Positions 46,476-55,648 of a stretch of DNA of 64,000 nucleotides are shown here, in pieces. Position 1 is the first letter of the stretch; every line of letters begins with the position of its first letter. A program made the position numbers and the translations under genes. The stretch lies in the IMG/VR virus record IMGVR_UViG_3300010383_000006. One strand, 5' to 3'. The stretch is from an uncultured virus (IMG/VR IMGVR_UViG_3300010383_000006). Its lineage: Duplodnaviria; Heunggongvirae; Uroviricota; Caudoviricetes. The notes under the pieces are model-generated. The model saw only the letters and a program-made list of their open reading frames with translations, searched no databases and was not told the DNA's origin.

Positions 46476-47225
46476 TCAGGCGTTGCCGAAATCGCCCGTG
46501 GTCGGCGGCTTGAAATACTGATCCGCGATTTCCTTGGCCTTGGCTTTCGCCGCGTTGTCGGCCGCCGTCTGCTCCTTGTGGGTCAGTCCCTTGGAGATGA
46601 TCGGCTTGGCCGGCGACGGCGGACCCGCATCCTTCTTGGCCTTGGCATCCTTCTCGGCCTTGGTGATCAGTTTGGACCCCTTGTCGAGCGGTTTGATGCC
46701 GCCCTTCAACTGGCGCGCCTGCTCGGCGTGGTAGCCCTCCATGTACTGGCGATATTGCGCCGTCGAGGGATCATAGCCGGGCTTGGCCGGTTCATTGGCG
46801 GCCGCCGCAGCCTCGCCCTCCTTGTAGGCGCGATCGACGGCCGGCACCCGCGGCTCATCAAGGAACAGCGACAACTGCTCGCCAATGTCGGCGCCGGTAT
46901 AGGCCGCCGCCAAGAGATTGTTGGCGATGACGGCCCGCGCCGCCTTCTCGCCTTCCGGCGTCTTACACTGGATGGCGAATTTGATCTGCGCCATCGTGAA
47001 ACCGTCGGCCTTGATGGTCTTGCCGTGGCGCCGCAGCTTGGCCTGCGCCTTACCGACCGCATCGAGCAGCCGTTCGTATTCGCCCAGATCCTGCATGAAC
47101 AGGGCGCGGGTCTCGGGGTCCAAAAGATTGGCCGTTTTTTTCGGTCCCTTTTTCTCGGTGGTCTTTGCGGCCTTGTCCGGCTTCGCAGCCTTTGGCTTCG
47201 CAGCCTTTTTTGCAGCTTTCGCCAT
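46476..47225 (-). CDS. hypothetical protein with GapR-like and RMF-like segments
   Basis: Lys/Ala-rich N-terminus; EYERL...KTIKADGF; RAYKEG...PGY...YMEGY. Confidence 0.5.
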   Translation of the reverse strand: MAKAAKKAAKPKAAKPDKAAKTTEKKGPKKTANLLDPETRALFMQDLGEYERLLDAVGKAQAKLRRHGKTIKADGFTMAQIKFAIQCKTPEGEKAARAVIANNLLAAAYTGADIGEQLSLFLDEPRVPAVDRAYKEGEAAAAANEPAKPGYDPSTAQYRQYMEGYHAEQARQLKGGIKPLDKGSKLITKAEKDAKAKKDAGPPSPAKPIISKGLTHKEQTAADNAAKAKAKEIADQYFKPPTTGDFGNA

Positions 47226-47233
47226 GGGTCCTC

Positions 47234-47464
47234 TCAGTAGGGGTTGGGTTTGATGTGCTCGGGCGGGAGACCGGTGATGGTTGAAATCTCTCGCACGCGC
47301 TTGGTGGGAATGCCCTTCTCGCGCCAGACGTAAAGGATCTGGCGACTCACCCGCAGGGTGTCGGCCATCTTGGAGACGTTGCCCCCGAAGGCCGACAGAA
47401 CAAGATCGTACCCCTGCCGGTTCGTCTTAGGGACGCGATAAGTGGGTGTGAGTTGTTTTACCAT
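47234..47464 (-). CDS. Cro-like HTH regulator
   Basis: FGGNVSKMADTLRVSRQILYVW...IP..RV.EISTITGLPPEHIKP. Confidence 0.8.
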   Translation of the reverse strand: MVKQLTPTYRVPKTNRQGYDLVLSAFGGNVSKMADTLRVSRQILYVWREKGIPTKRVREISTITGLPPEHIKPNPY

Positions 47465-47471
47465 AATCACC

Positions 47472-47520
47472 ACCATAGTGGAAATCTCAGGTTGACACAA
47501 ACTCTGCGTCCCCATATATC
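47472..47520. promoter_or_regulatory. overlapping divergent promoters at the strand switch
   Basis: plus: TTGACA-N17-TATATC (47492-47520); minus: TTGTGT-N17-TATGGT (47500-47472). Confidence 0.65.
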
Positions 47521-47568
47521 CGAACCAGTCACGAGGGCATCGCGCCCGCCCAGAATGGAGGAAGAAAA

Positions 47569-47727
47569 ATGCGAAACCGTCCGGCTCAAGTCTCCAATTT
47601 CATCCCGTTCGATTGGCGCGGTTTTCTGGTCGCGCTGGTCTGGTACGGCCTCGAACTGCTCGGCTTCGGTGGCTTCATCGCCGTGCTGATCGGCTGGTGG
47701 ATTGCGACCCCCGGGAGCATCCTGTGA
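47569..47727 (+). CDS. small membrane protein (52 aa)
   Basis: GGAGG RBS; hydrophobic FLVALVWYGLELLGFGGFIAVLIGWW. Confidence 0.55.
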   Translation: MRNRPAQVSNFIPFDWRGFLVALVWYGLELLGFGGFIAVLIGWWIATPGSIL

Positions 47728-47966
47728 TGGGCCAGAAGGGAAAGCCCGGCTGCATCGATTGCGTCGACGGCGTTTGCGACATGAATTGCGGCCCGGTCGC
47801 CCCCCCTGATCTGCTCGCCACCCTCAAACTGGCGCTGCCCTACGTCGAAAGCATCGCCAGCCGCCAGCCCACCACCGAGGCGAACGTGCGCCGCCAGCGC
47901 CAAGCTGCGGCGGATGCCAAGGCAATCCGGGCGGCAATTGCTGCAGTCGAAAAAGGGCGCGCGTAA
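47727..47966 (+). CDS. hypothetical protein
   Basis: PDLLATLK...AKAIRAAIAAVE module. Confidence 0.5.
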   Translation: MGQKGKPGCIDCVDGVCDMNCGPVAPPDLLATLKLALPYVESIASRQPTTEANVRRQRQAAADAKAIRAAIAAVEKGRA

Positions 47967-48388
47967 TGCCCGATCTCGCCCAGCGCCATCCCCGGCATCA
48001 CGATGACCGCTATCTGCGCTGGGTTCGGCGGCAGCCCTGCTGCATCTGCGGCAAGCCGGGACCGAACGAGGCGGCGCACATCCGCGCCGCCAGCCTCTCC
48101 CACGACAAGCGATCAACCGGCATGGGCGAGCGCCCAGACGACAAATGGGCGGTGCCGATGTGCCGCTCGGATCATCGGGAGGGCCGCAACAGCCAGCACG
48201 CCAACAATGAACTGCAATGGTGGTTGGCTCACGGCAAAAACCCGTTCGAGACCGCCATCGCCTATTACCGCACGTTCGGCGGCGACGGCGGTGCCCCCAA
48301 GAAACCGCGCCGGAAACCCCGGACCAAAGCCACCCGCGCCCGGAAATGGCCGAAGCGCAAAATCCAGAACCGTGGAGGATTCCGGTGA
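47966..48388 (+). CDS. DUF968-like putative HNH nuclease
   Basis: YLRWVRRQPCCICG..EAAHIR...GMG.RPDDKWAVPMCR..H. Confidence 0.8.
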   Translation: MPDLAQRHPRHHDDRYLRWVRRQPCCICGKPGPNEAAHIRAASLSHDKRSTGMGERPDDKWAVPMCRSDHREGRNSQHANNELQWWLAHGKNPFETAIAYYRTFGGDGGAPKKPRRKPRTKATRARKWPKRKIQNRGGFR

Positions 48389-48684
48389 CAAAAGCCCCGT
48401 TCGTGATCCGCGTGCAGGTTGAAGGTGATGCGCCGCAGGCGGTGAAAGACGTGATCCACAAATGGATCGACGCCGCCAATTCCACCATCGAACTCTTGTC
48501 GATGCCTGACCTGCAAGAGGATTACGCCTCGGCTGGATTCGATATGTCGATCTTCGCACTGGCCAGTGTCCATGCGCCATTGCTCGACGGCCCCAAGGAC
48601 ATGGAGGCGCTGCTTGAACGATTCCGCGAGGCCCTGATCCGGCAGAACCAAGTTTTCCACCAAACCCCATCGAGGACCAACTAA
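48385..48684 (+). CDS. hypothetical protein
   Basis: GGAGG RBS and GTG start. Confidence 0.5.
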   Translation: MTKAPFVIRVQVEGDAPQAVKDVIHKWIDAANSTIELLSMPDLQEDYASAGFDMSIFALASVHAPLLDGPKDMEALLERFREALIRQNQVFHQTPSRTN

Positions 48685-49658
48685 TGAAGAATGATTTTTC
48701 TTGGTATCTAAACGCGCTCAAGGGTGTGCGCGGTCCGATCACGGCGGATGATCCGGAGCCTGGTTTCTATGAGAGCCGGTTCAAGAACCGCGACACCGGC
48801 AAGGTGACGCGCTCGATCGTGGCCTACTGGCATGATTCCAACGATGGCGGCCTGCGTTGCCACAAGAACGGCCGCGACGTCGACGATCTCGCCGCCCGCG
48901 AGATGTGGCCCTACGCCTCGAAATACCCGATCACCGAGGAAACCTATCACGCCGTGCGCGCGGGCAAGCCGTGGCCGGACGTGGATGGCACCGTCGATGC
49001 TGCGACCGAGGATGACGGCACCAAGTCAGAGGCCGAGAAACTGGTCGATAAGATCAAGGCGGCCAAGGCCAACGTCCCGCTCTACACCAAGATCGATTCC
49101 GACGAACTGTCGGCCAAGGCGCAGTCGCTGCGCTCCGAACTGACGGCGCTCGCCGGCCGGCTCGACAAGGAACGTGAGGCGCTGGTGCGGCCGCATATCG
49201 ATGCCCAGCGCGACATCAACGGCGCGTGGAATCCCCACATCAAGGAAGCCAAGGATCAGGCCACCTTGATCCGCAAGGCGCAGGAGAAGTGGGAGGATGA
49301 CAAGCGGGAGGCTGCGCGGCGCGCACAGGACGAATTAGATCGACAGGCCGAGGAAGCACGGCGGAAACTTGAAGCCGCCCAAGCCGACGGCAAGCCTGCA
49401 CCAGTCGATGACGCACCCCCGCCCCCCCCGCAGTCGAACATGCCCGCGCCCTCGACCCAGATCAGGGGCGGCACCCGTCGCGCGGCCTCGGTCAGCGTCT
49501 GGCACGAGGCCGAAATCACCGACCAGGATGCGGTTTATCAGCACTTCAAGACCGATGCGGCGGTGAAAAACCTGCTCCGGCAACTGGCGCAGAACGCCAC
49601 CAACGCGGGCATCACGGTGCCGGGCGTTGTCACCCATGAGCGGAGCAAAGTGCGATGA
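48684..49658 (+). CDS. coiled-coil protein of the recombination module
   Basis: PEPGFY N-terminus, long coiled coil, C-terminal TVPGV; upstream of recT. Confidence 0.65.
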   Translation: MKNDFSWYLNALKGVRGPITADDPEPGFYESRFKNRDTGKVTRSIVAYWHDSNDGGLRCHKNGRDVDDLAAREMWPYASKYPITEETYHAVRAGKPWPDVDGTVDAATEDDGTKSEAEKLVDKIKAAKANVPLYTKIDSDELSAKAQSLRSELTALAGRLDKEREALVRPHIDAQRDINGAWNPHIKEAKDQATLIRKAQEKWEDDKREAARRAQDELDRQAEEARRKLEAAQADGKPAPVDDAPPPPPQSNMPAPSTQIRGGTRRAASVSVWHEAEITDQDAVYQHFKTDAAVKNLLRQLAQNATNAGITVPGVVTHERSKVR

Positions 49659-51061
49659 CCGGGAAAACCGTCGAAATCTTCAAGGGCGAAATCCTGCCGC
49701 CCGCCAAGGCCGAAGAACTCTGGACCTCCCTCCCGGCCCAGATCAAGCCCGCCGTGTTCGAGCGCAATCTGATGAACGCGCTGATGGCGAATCCCGATCT
49801 GATGAACTTTGACGCCCGGCTGGTCTATCGCGAGGTCGCCAAGGCGGCGGCGCTGGGCCTGCTGCTCGACCCCATCTTGGGCGAGGGCTATCTGGTCACG
49901 GCCTACAATTACAAGTCCAAGCGCGTCGAGCCGCAATTGCGGGTCGGCTACAAGGGCATGGCCAAACTCGCCCGGCAGAGCGGCAACGTGCGCAATCTCT
50001 ACGCTCATGAAATCTGCCAGCTTGATCACGTCGAGGCCGACCTTGGATTCCCCAAGGTGTTCCACCACAAGCCGAAACTGTTCACCGACCGCGGCCCGAT
50101 CATCGGCTATGTGGCGTTGATCACGTTCGACGACGGCACGTTCGATTTCGAGCCGATGTCGTTGGAGGATTGCTTGGGGATCCGCGACCGCTCCGATGCA
50201 TGGAAAGCCTTCAAGGAAGGAAAGATCAGGTCGACGCCGTGGTCGACCGACGAATCCGAGATGTGCAAAAAGACCGTGCTGCGGCGCCTGCTCAAGCGCC
50301 AGCAGCAGTCGCCGGAAATGGTGACGGCCCAGCGCATCGAGGATGAAGCCGAATTTCCCGAAATGAGCGGGAGCGGTCCGGCCATCCCGCGCGATTCAGG
50401 TCCGCCGTCGGCGCAGGTGGCACCGCCGCCGGAGAAACTGGCCGCGCCGGAGGCCACGCCGGAAACCAAGCCCGAGCCCGAGCCGGAAACCAGGCCCGAA
50501 CCGGAGCCGGAAACGCCCCCCAGCGAGGCCGAGCAGGGCGCGATGGGCTTTGATGAGCCGGAGGAAGAACCGGAGCGCCAGCCCGAAACGATCTCGACCG
50601 CGAGCACCACGTTCCAGAGATGGGCCGACGAATACATCGCGGCGGTCGGCACCACCCGCCAGCCCGGCACCGTGTTCAAGTGGGCCGACGCCAATCACGT
50701 CGCGCTCGGCAAGATCGCGGTCGGCGCGCCTGCGATCTATGCCGGGATCAAAAAGGCCACCGAGCAGCAGTTGCAGCGCCTGCGCGGCACCTCGACGGCG
50801 CAGCCCAAACCCGCCCCCAAGGCCGAGACCAAGCCCAAAGCCTCGCGCAGCCGCAAGAAGGGTGCTGCCGAGGACGCGAGCGACCCCGAATCGGTGCTGC
50901 GCAAGATCGATGCCGAACTGGCGCGGGTCGCGAACGCCGACGATCTCGAGCAGGTATGGAACGACAAGTGCGCGCCGCTGCTCGACGATCTTTTGCCGCC
51001 GGATCGCGATGAGGCCATGGGCATCTACACCGCTCATGAAAAGCGCCTCGGGGGAGACTGA
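49655..51061 (+). CDS. recT: RecT-family single-strand annealing protein
   Basis: AALGLLLDPILGEGYLV, GYKGMAKLARQSG, PWSTD..EMCKKTVLRRLLK. Confidence 0.9.
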   Translation: MTGKTVEIFKGEILPPAKAEELWTSLPAQIKPAVFERNLMNALMANPDLMNFDARLVYREVAKAAALGLLLDPILGEGYLVTAYNYKSKRVEPQLRVGYKGMAKLARQSGNVRNLYAHEICQLDHVEADLGFPKVFHHKPKLFTDRGPIIGYVALITFDDGTFDFEPMSLEDCLGIRDRSDAWKAFKEGKIRSTPWSTDESEMCKKTVLRRLLKRQQQSPEMVTAQRIEDEAEFPEMSGSGPAIPRDSGPPSAQVAPPPEKLAAPEATPETKPEPEPETRPEPEPETPPSEAEQGAMGFDEPEEEPERQPETISTASTTFQRWADEYIAAVGTTRQPGTVFKWADANHVALGKIAVGAPAIYAGIKKATEQQLQRLRGTSTAQPKPAPKAETKPKASRSRKKGAAEDASDPESVLRKIDAELARVANADDLEQVWNDKCAPLLDDLLPPDRDEAMGIYTAHEKRLGGD

Positions 51062-51064
51062 CCC

Positions 51065-51523
51065 ATGAGTATCGACCTGCCGATGCGGAAGCGCCAAGGC
51101 CGCCCCGGCGAGGTCGGCCTATTCCTCGAGACCCCCGTGTTTGATGATGATTTTGCCAACATCAAAATGGGGGCCGAGGTCCAAGTGAAGGTGACCCAGC
51201 CGCGCAGCCTCCCGCAGCACAAATTCGCCTGGGCACTCGCGAGCAAACTGGCCGAAGCCTACGATCACGCCATCAGCAAAGACGACATGATGGACATGCT
51301 GCTGGTCGAGGCGCGGCACTACCGCAAGGTCTGGGATCCGTTGCGCAAGCGGGTCGAACTGAAACCAAAGCCTACCAATTTCGCGGCGATGGATGGCGTC
51401 GCTTACACGCGCCTGCTCAAGCGCATCACCTACGTGGCCACCACCGTATTCGTCCCGGGGTTGCCCGAATCCGATCTCAAGGCCGAGATCGAGGCCATGC
51501 TGGCCCCAACCGGAGATTTCTGA
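51065..51523 (+). CDS. NinB/DUF1367-like protein
   Basis: PRSLPQHKFAWAL...PKPTNFAAMD. Confidence 0.55.
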   Translation: MSIDLPMRKRQGRPGEVGLFLETPVFDDDFANIKMGAEVQVKVTQPRSLPQHKFAWALASKLAEAYDHAISKDDMMDMLLVEARHYRKVWDPLRKRVELKPKPTNFAAMDGVAYTRLLKRITYVATTVFVPGLPESDLKAEIEAMLAPTGDF

Positions 51524-53268
51524 TGACCTTTCCCGTTGCCCGCCCGATGCTGGATGACCGCCTCGCCATTGTTGGCATCTCCGGCTCCGGCAAGACTTAC
51601 GCCGCTTCCACCGCCGTCGAACTCATTCTCAAATCGAAATCGCGCGCCATCATCGTCGACCCCCTCGGGGTGTGGTGGGGTCTGCGCCTGCGCACCGACG
51701 GCATCACGCCGTCGATTTTCAACGTGGTGATTTTCGGCGGTCCCCACGGCGATCTGCCGATCAACGAGCACTCCGGTGCGCTGATCGGGGAAGCGGTTGC
51801 GGGCATGGCCGAGTCCTGCGTCCTCGATCTCAGCCAGTTGGGCACCAAGGCGGCCGAGCGGCGGTTCATGCTGGCGTTCCTCACCGCTCTGTATCGCAAG
51901 ACCACGGGCGAGCCGGTCCATTTGGTGGTGGATGAGGCCGACATGTTCGCGCCGCAGCGGCTGATGGACAAGGAAGGCGACGCCGCCAAGTTGCTCGGCA
52001 TGATGGAGACGGTGGTGCGCCGCGGCCGGGTCAAGGGCTTCATCCCGTGGCTGATCACCCAGCGGCCAGCGGTGTTGTCCAAGGACGTTCTGAGTCAAGC
52101 CGACGGCCTGCTGGCGTTCAAGATGACCTCATCGCAGGACCGGAGCGCGATCGGCGGCTGGATCGAAGGCCAGGCCGATCAGCAGCAGGGCAAAGCCATC
52201 CTTGCGTCCCTGCCGACCCTTGAACTCGGACAAGGCGTCGTCTGGCTGCCGGGGCACGGCATCCTCGAGACAGCGCGATTCCCCACCAAGACCACCTATG
52301 ATTCGTCGCGCACTCCGAAGCGCGGCGAGACGCGCCACAGCGCCAACCTGCAGCCTTTGAACCTCGACAAGTTGCGCGAGCGGCTGGTGAAGGTGACGGT
52401 CGAGCAGGCCCAGAACGATCCGAAGGCACTCCGCGCCGAGGTCGCCGCCCTCAAGGGGGAAATTGCGAAATTGCGCAATTCGGCAAACTCCACCCCGGTG
52501 ATCGACAAAAAGGCGATCGAGAAGGCGCGGCAAGAAAGTTATGCGGCAGGCATCGCGTCCGGCCGCTCCCACATCCGGGGCGTGTTGGGCGATTTCTGGC
52601 GGCAGGTCGACGCTCTCCATGAGAAATTTTCAAAAGAGGTCGATCGCCTGTGCGATCTGGCTCACGACGAAAGCTACAAGGCCACCAAATCGAACCCGGT
52701 CTCGCCAGCGGCACCCAAGCAACCCGCTTCTGCACCGGCTATCCCTGCCCCCCCCCGACCGTCGGCGGCGAGCGACGGTTATTCGGCTCCCCAGCAGCGC
52801 GTGCTCGCGTCGCTGATGTTCTGGCTGTCCACCGGGGAGGCGGCGCCGACCCGCGAACAGGTCGCGGCGGTGGCGGGCTACGCCCCGGGCAGCGGCAATT
52901 TCAACAATATCCTCGGCTCGCTCAAAAGCCTCGACGCCGTGAGTTATCCAACCCCGGGCCGCGTCGAGTGCTTGGTGCAATACGGCCAGGCTCCCTCCCT
53001 CGCGGAGGCCCGCACCACGCTGCTGGATAAGGTGCTCGGCGGTCCTCATCGCAAGATTTTGTTGGCGATGAAAGACCTCCCCGCCCCGGCCAAGCGCGAC
53101 GACATCGCACAGGAAAGCGGCTACGCCGCCGGATCGGGCAATTTCAACAATCTGCTCGGCAAGCTGCGCACCCTGTGCGTGATCGACTATCCCCAGCAAG
53201 GCTACGCCGAGATCACGGCGTGGGCCAACCANNNNNNNNNNGGAAACGGAAATGTATATCGTCGTTGA
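51523..53268 (+). CDS. HerA/DUF87-like ATPase with tandem C-terminal repeats; exact end obscured by an N gap
   Basis: GISGSGKT, IVDPLG, VVDEADMFAPQ, RGRVKG, TQRPA. Confidence 0.85.
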   Translation: MTFPVARPMLDDRLAIVGISGSGKTYAASTAVELILKSKSRAIIVDPLGVWWGLRLRTDGITPSIFNVVIFGGPHGDLPINEHSGALIGEAVAGMAESCVLDLSQLGTKAAERRFMLAFLTALYRKTTGEPVHLVVDEADMFAPQRLMDKEGDAAKLLGMMETVVRRGRVKGFIPWLITQRPAVLSKDVLSQADGLLAFKMTSSQDRSAIGGWIEGQADQQQGKAILASLPTLELGQGVVWLPGHGILETARFPTKTTYDSSRTPKRGETRHSANLQPLNLDKLRERLVKVTVEQAQNDPKALRAEVAALKGEIAKLRNSANSTPVIDKKAIEKARQESYAAGIASGRSHIRGVLGDFWRQVDALHEKFSKEVDRLCDLAHDESYKATKSNPVSPAAPKQPASAPAIPAPPRPSAASDGYSAPQQRVLASLMFWLSTGEAAPTREQVAAVAGYAPGSGNFNNILGSLKSLDAVSYPTPGRVECLVQYGQAPSLAEARTTLLDKVLGGPHRKILLAMKDLPAPAKRDDIAQESGYAAGSGNFNNLLGKLRTLCVIDYPQQGYAEITAWANXXXXGNGNVYRR

Positions 53269-53872
53269 TACTGAAAGCACCGGCCTGTTCGATTACCGCG
53301 CGCCGGCCGACGCGCCCCACCAACCCCGCATGGCCGAGATCGCCATCCTGTTCGCCAACGCCGACCTCGAGGTCGAGCGCGAATACCGCGCGCTGATCAA
53401 GCCCGATGGCTGGGTCATGCCGCCGGAGGTCACCGAACTCCATGGCCTGACCCAAGAGATGCTGATGGAAAAGGGCGTCCCGGTGCTCGAGGCCCTGACC
53501 GTCTACAACGAGGCGATTGCCGAGGGTCGGGTGATGGCGGCGCACAACGCCCAGCACGACGCCAAGATGCTCCGCGGCGAACTGCGGCGCGCCGGATTGC
53601 CGGACCAGTTCGAGGACGCTCCGAATCTGTGCACGATGCGGACCCTCACCGACATCTGCCAGATTCCCTACGCCAACGGCCGCAAGGGCTACAAATTCCC
53701 GAAGCTGTCGGAAGCCTGCGCGTTCTTCGGCATCGAGCAGGCGGCGCAGCACAGCGCCTACAGCGACGCCATGGACTGCCTGCAACTCATGCGCCGGATG
53801 AAACAGGTCGGCGCGCTGCCCGAGGCCAAGGTGCATTACGCGAAAGCGCCTCCGGCCGGAAAGGCGGTGTGA
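53252..53872 (+). CDS. DEDDh 3'-5' exonuclease (DnaQ-like)
   Basis: DTESTG, AHNAQHD, LCTM, HSAYSDA. Confidence 0.9.
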   Translation: MYIVVDTESTGLFDYRAPADAPHQPRMAEIAILFANADLEVEREYRALIKPDGWVMPPEVTELHGLTQEMLMEKGVPVLEALTVYNEAIAEGRVMAAHNAQHDAKMLRGELRRAGLPDQFEDAPNLCTMRTLTDICQIPYANGRKGYKFPKLSEACAFFGIEQAAQHSAYSDAMDCLQLMRRMKQVGALPEAKVHYAKAPPAGKAV

Positions 53873-53873
53873 C

Positions 53874-54227
53874 ATGGCAGCCAAAGCACGCCGCATCCCG
53901 AAAGGCGAGAAGTCGGCCGACACCATCGCCTACCAGAAAACCGTGATCGTGAACCTGACCCGGCGCATCGAGGATTTGGTCGAGGCCAAAGGGGCAGCGG
54001 AACAGCGCATGGCCGATCTCGAACGGCAGGTGCGATCAATCACCGAATCCCACAACAACATGCGGGAACGCCTTCGCGAGAAGGAATCCGACATCAAGCA
54101 GCGCGAAAACGAGATCGCCCGCCTCAGCGGCTACATCCAGCGCGTGCGCGAGGTGGAGCGCAAGGATGGCGAGCCGCACGAGATCGGCAACTCCGCGCCC
54201 GATCTCGCATCTCTCGTCCGCCGATGA
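53874..54227 (+). CDS. coiled-coil hypothetical protein
   Basis: 117 aa with a heptad pattern. Confidence 0.55.
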   Translation: MAAKARRIPKGEKSADTIAYQKTVIVNLTRRIEDLVEAKGAAEQRMADLERQVRSITESHNNMRERLREKESDIKQRENEIARLSGYIQRVREVERKDGEPHEIGNSAPDLASLVRR

Positions 54228-54406
54228 GGCGCAGCCACAAAGAGGTGGCCGAACTGATCGACGCTCGCGCGCAGGATTTTTTCGCGGGCGTCATCACCGA
54301 GACGGTGTTCGAGGCATCGCTGTTCGCCCTCGGGCTGCGCGGCGAGGATCTCCGGCTCACCGTCAAAGAGTACAAACAGATCAAATTCGATAGGACTGCA
54401 AAATGA
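54224..54406 (+). CDS. hypothetical protein
   Basis: ATGA coupling on both sides. Confidence 0.5.
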   Translation: MRRSHKEVAELIDARAQDFFAGVITETVFEASLFALGLRGEDLRLTVKEYKQIKFDRTAK

Positions 54407-54801
54407 GACTGACCGGTGCTCAAATCATGAAGGCGGTGTGCAAGCGCCGCGGCCTCACTCCCGAGGAAGTCACGGGACCCGGCCGGGGTTATCGCCTGGT
54501 CTGCGCGCGCCACGAGATCGCGTACCTGATGAGCAAACAGGGCTATCCCAAGACTGTCATCGGACGCCGCCTCAACCGCGACCACACCACGGTCCACACC
54601 TACCTCAACCCCGATTTCCGGCGCCAGAAATACCAGCGTTATTTGGCCAAACGAGGAAAAGGCGATGGACGAACTCAAGCCGAACCACTTCCAGAACTCG
54701 AACGTGCGTCCTCCTGCGGGCGACCCACGCTCGATGGCACAGAATATTTTGACCGTGCTGCAGTCGATGCCAGCACCCAACGAGAGGGAGAGTACACATG
54801 A
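54403..54801 (+). CDS. stand-alone DnaA C-terminal (domain IV) HTH protein
   Basis: ARHEIAYLM...IGRRLNRDHTTV. Confidence 0.75.
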   Translation: MRLTGAQIMKAVCKRRGLTPEEVTGPGRGYRLVCARHEIAYLMSKQGYPKTVIGRRLNRDHTTVHTYLNPDFRRQKYQRYLAKRGKGDGRTQAEPLPELERASSCGRPTLDGTEYFDRAAVDASTQREGEYT

Positions 54802-55280
54802 CGACGGACACAGCGGACCTGCTGCCGAAACCGGACCTGATCGACCAGCCGACCCCGCCGACGGTGAAGGCTCCCCTGCCACCCCGGACCCCCAGCGCGA
54901 TTGAGCAGATATTCGCCCGTCATCACCCGGCGGTCATGAGCGATGAAAAGACCCCGTTCGAGGACGCCAACGGCGCGTTCAAGCGCCTGCGCGACGACAA
55001 TTGGATGCTGATCGAGGAATTGCGCGCGACCACTGCCGAGCGCGATGCCCTGCTCAAGATCAACGCCGCGCTACAGGCCGAGAAAGACACCCTCGACACC
55101 AAGCACCGCGCCACCGCCGCGCAACTGGGCGCGATCATGCAGGGGATGCGTTCGGCCGGCGACACCATCCTTGCGGTGATCCGGCAGAGTATGCAGGCGG
55201 CCGCCGAGGAACCGGGGCTGGCGATGTTCGCGCCCGACGGGGTGAAGTCCGGCAAGATCCAGACCGAGCACCGCGACTAA
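54798..55280 (+). CDS. coiled-coil hypothetical protein
   Basis: last plus-strand gene, converging on the lysis cassette. Confidence 0.55.
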   Translation: MTTDTADLLPKPDLIDQPTPPTVKAPLPPRTPSAIEQIFARHHPAVMSDEKTPFEDANGAFKRLRDDNWMLIEELRATTAERDALLKINAALQAEKDTLDTKHRATAAQLGAIMQGMRSAGDTILAVIRQSMQAAAEEPGLAMFAPDGVKSGKIQTEHRD

Positions 55281-55648
55281 GGATGCTTGCCGCGGCTTTT
55301 GCGCGCCCGCAACAGGCGCGTGATCGCCGCGACGGCCTCGCCCACTGCGCTCAGATCGCGGTGGATCTGGCCCAGCGCGCGCTCGATCGCGTCGATGTCG
55401 CGCTGCGCCTCCTGCGTCTGCAAATCGATCTTGTTGAGGGTGGTGATCAGCCACGGGGTTTGCTGGATCATCGGCTCCGGCGGCCGTCGCTCGGCACGGA
55501 ATTCGCGGATGGCGGCGCGGAGCAGCGGGAGGGCCAGGAGAAGAATGATCAGAAAGGCGATGACGTTCTGCGCCGGGGGCATTGCACTGATGGTCGCAAT
55601 TGCCCAGTCAGCCAATTTTCCTGAAAGCGAGCCGTCCTGAATCGGCAT
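55277..55648 (-). CDS. membrane-anchored coiled-coil protein (lysis cassette)
   Basis: one TM segment followed by a coiled coil. Confidence 0.55.
   Translation of the reverse strand: MPIQDGSLSGKLADWAIATISAMPPAQNVIAFLIILLLALPLLRAAIREFRAERRPPEPMIQQTPWLITTLNKIDLQTQEAQRDIDAIERALGQIHRDLSAVGEAVAAITRLLRARKSRGKHP

Noticed and set aside
50455..50520. PEPEPET repeats in RecT
   Set aside because: Ordinary low-complexity linker
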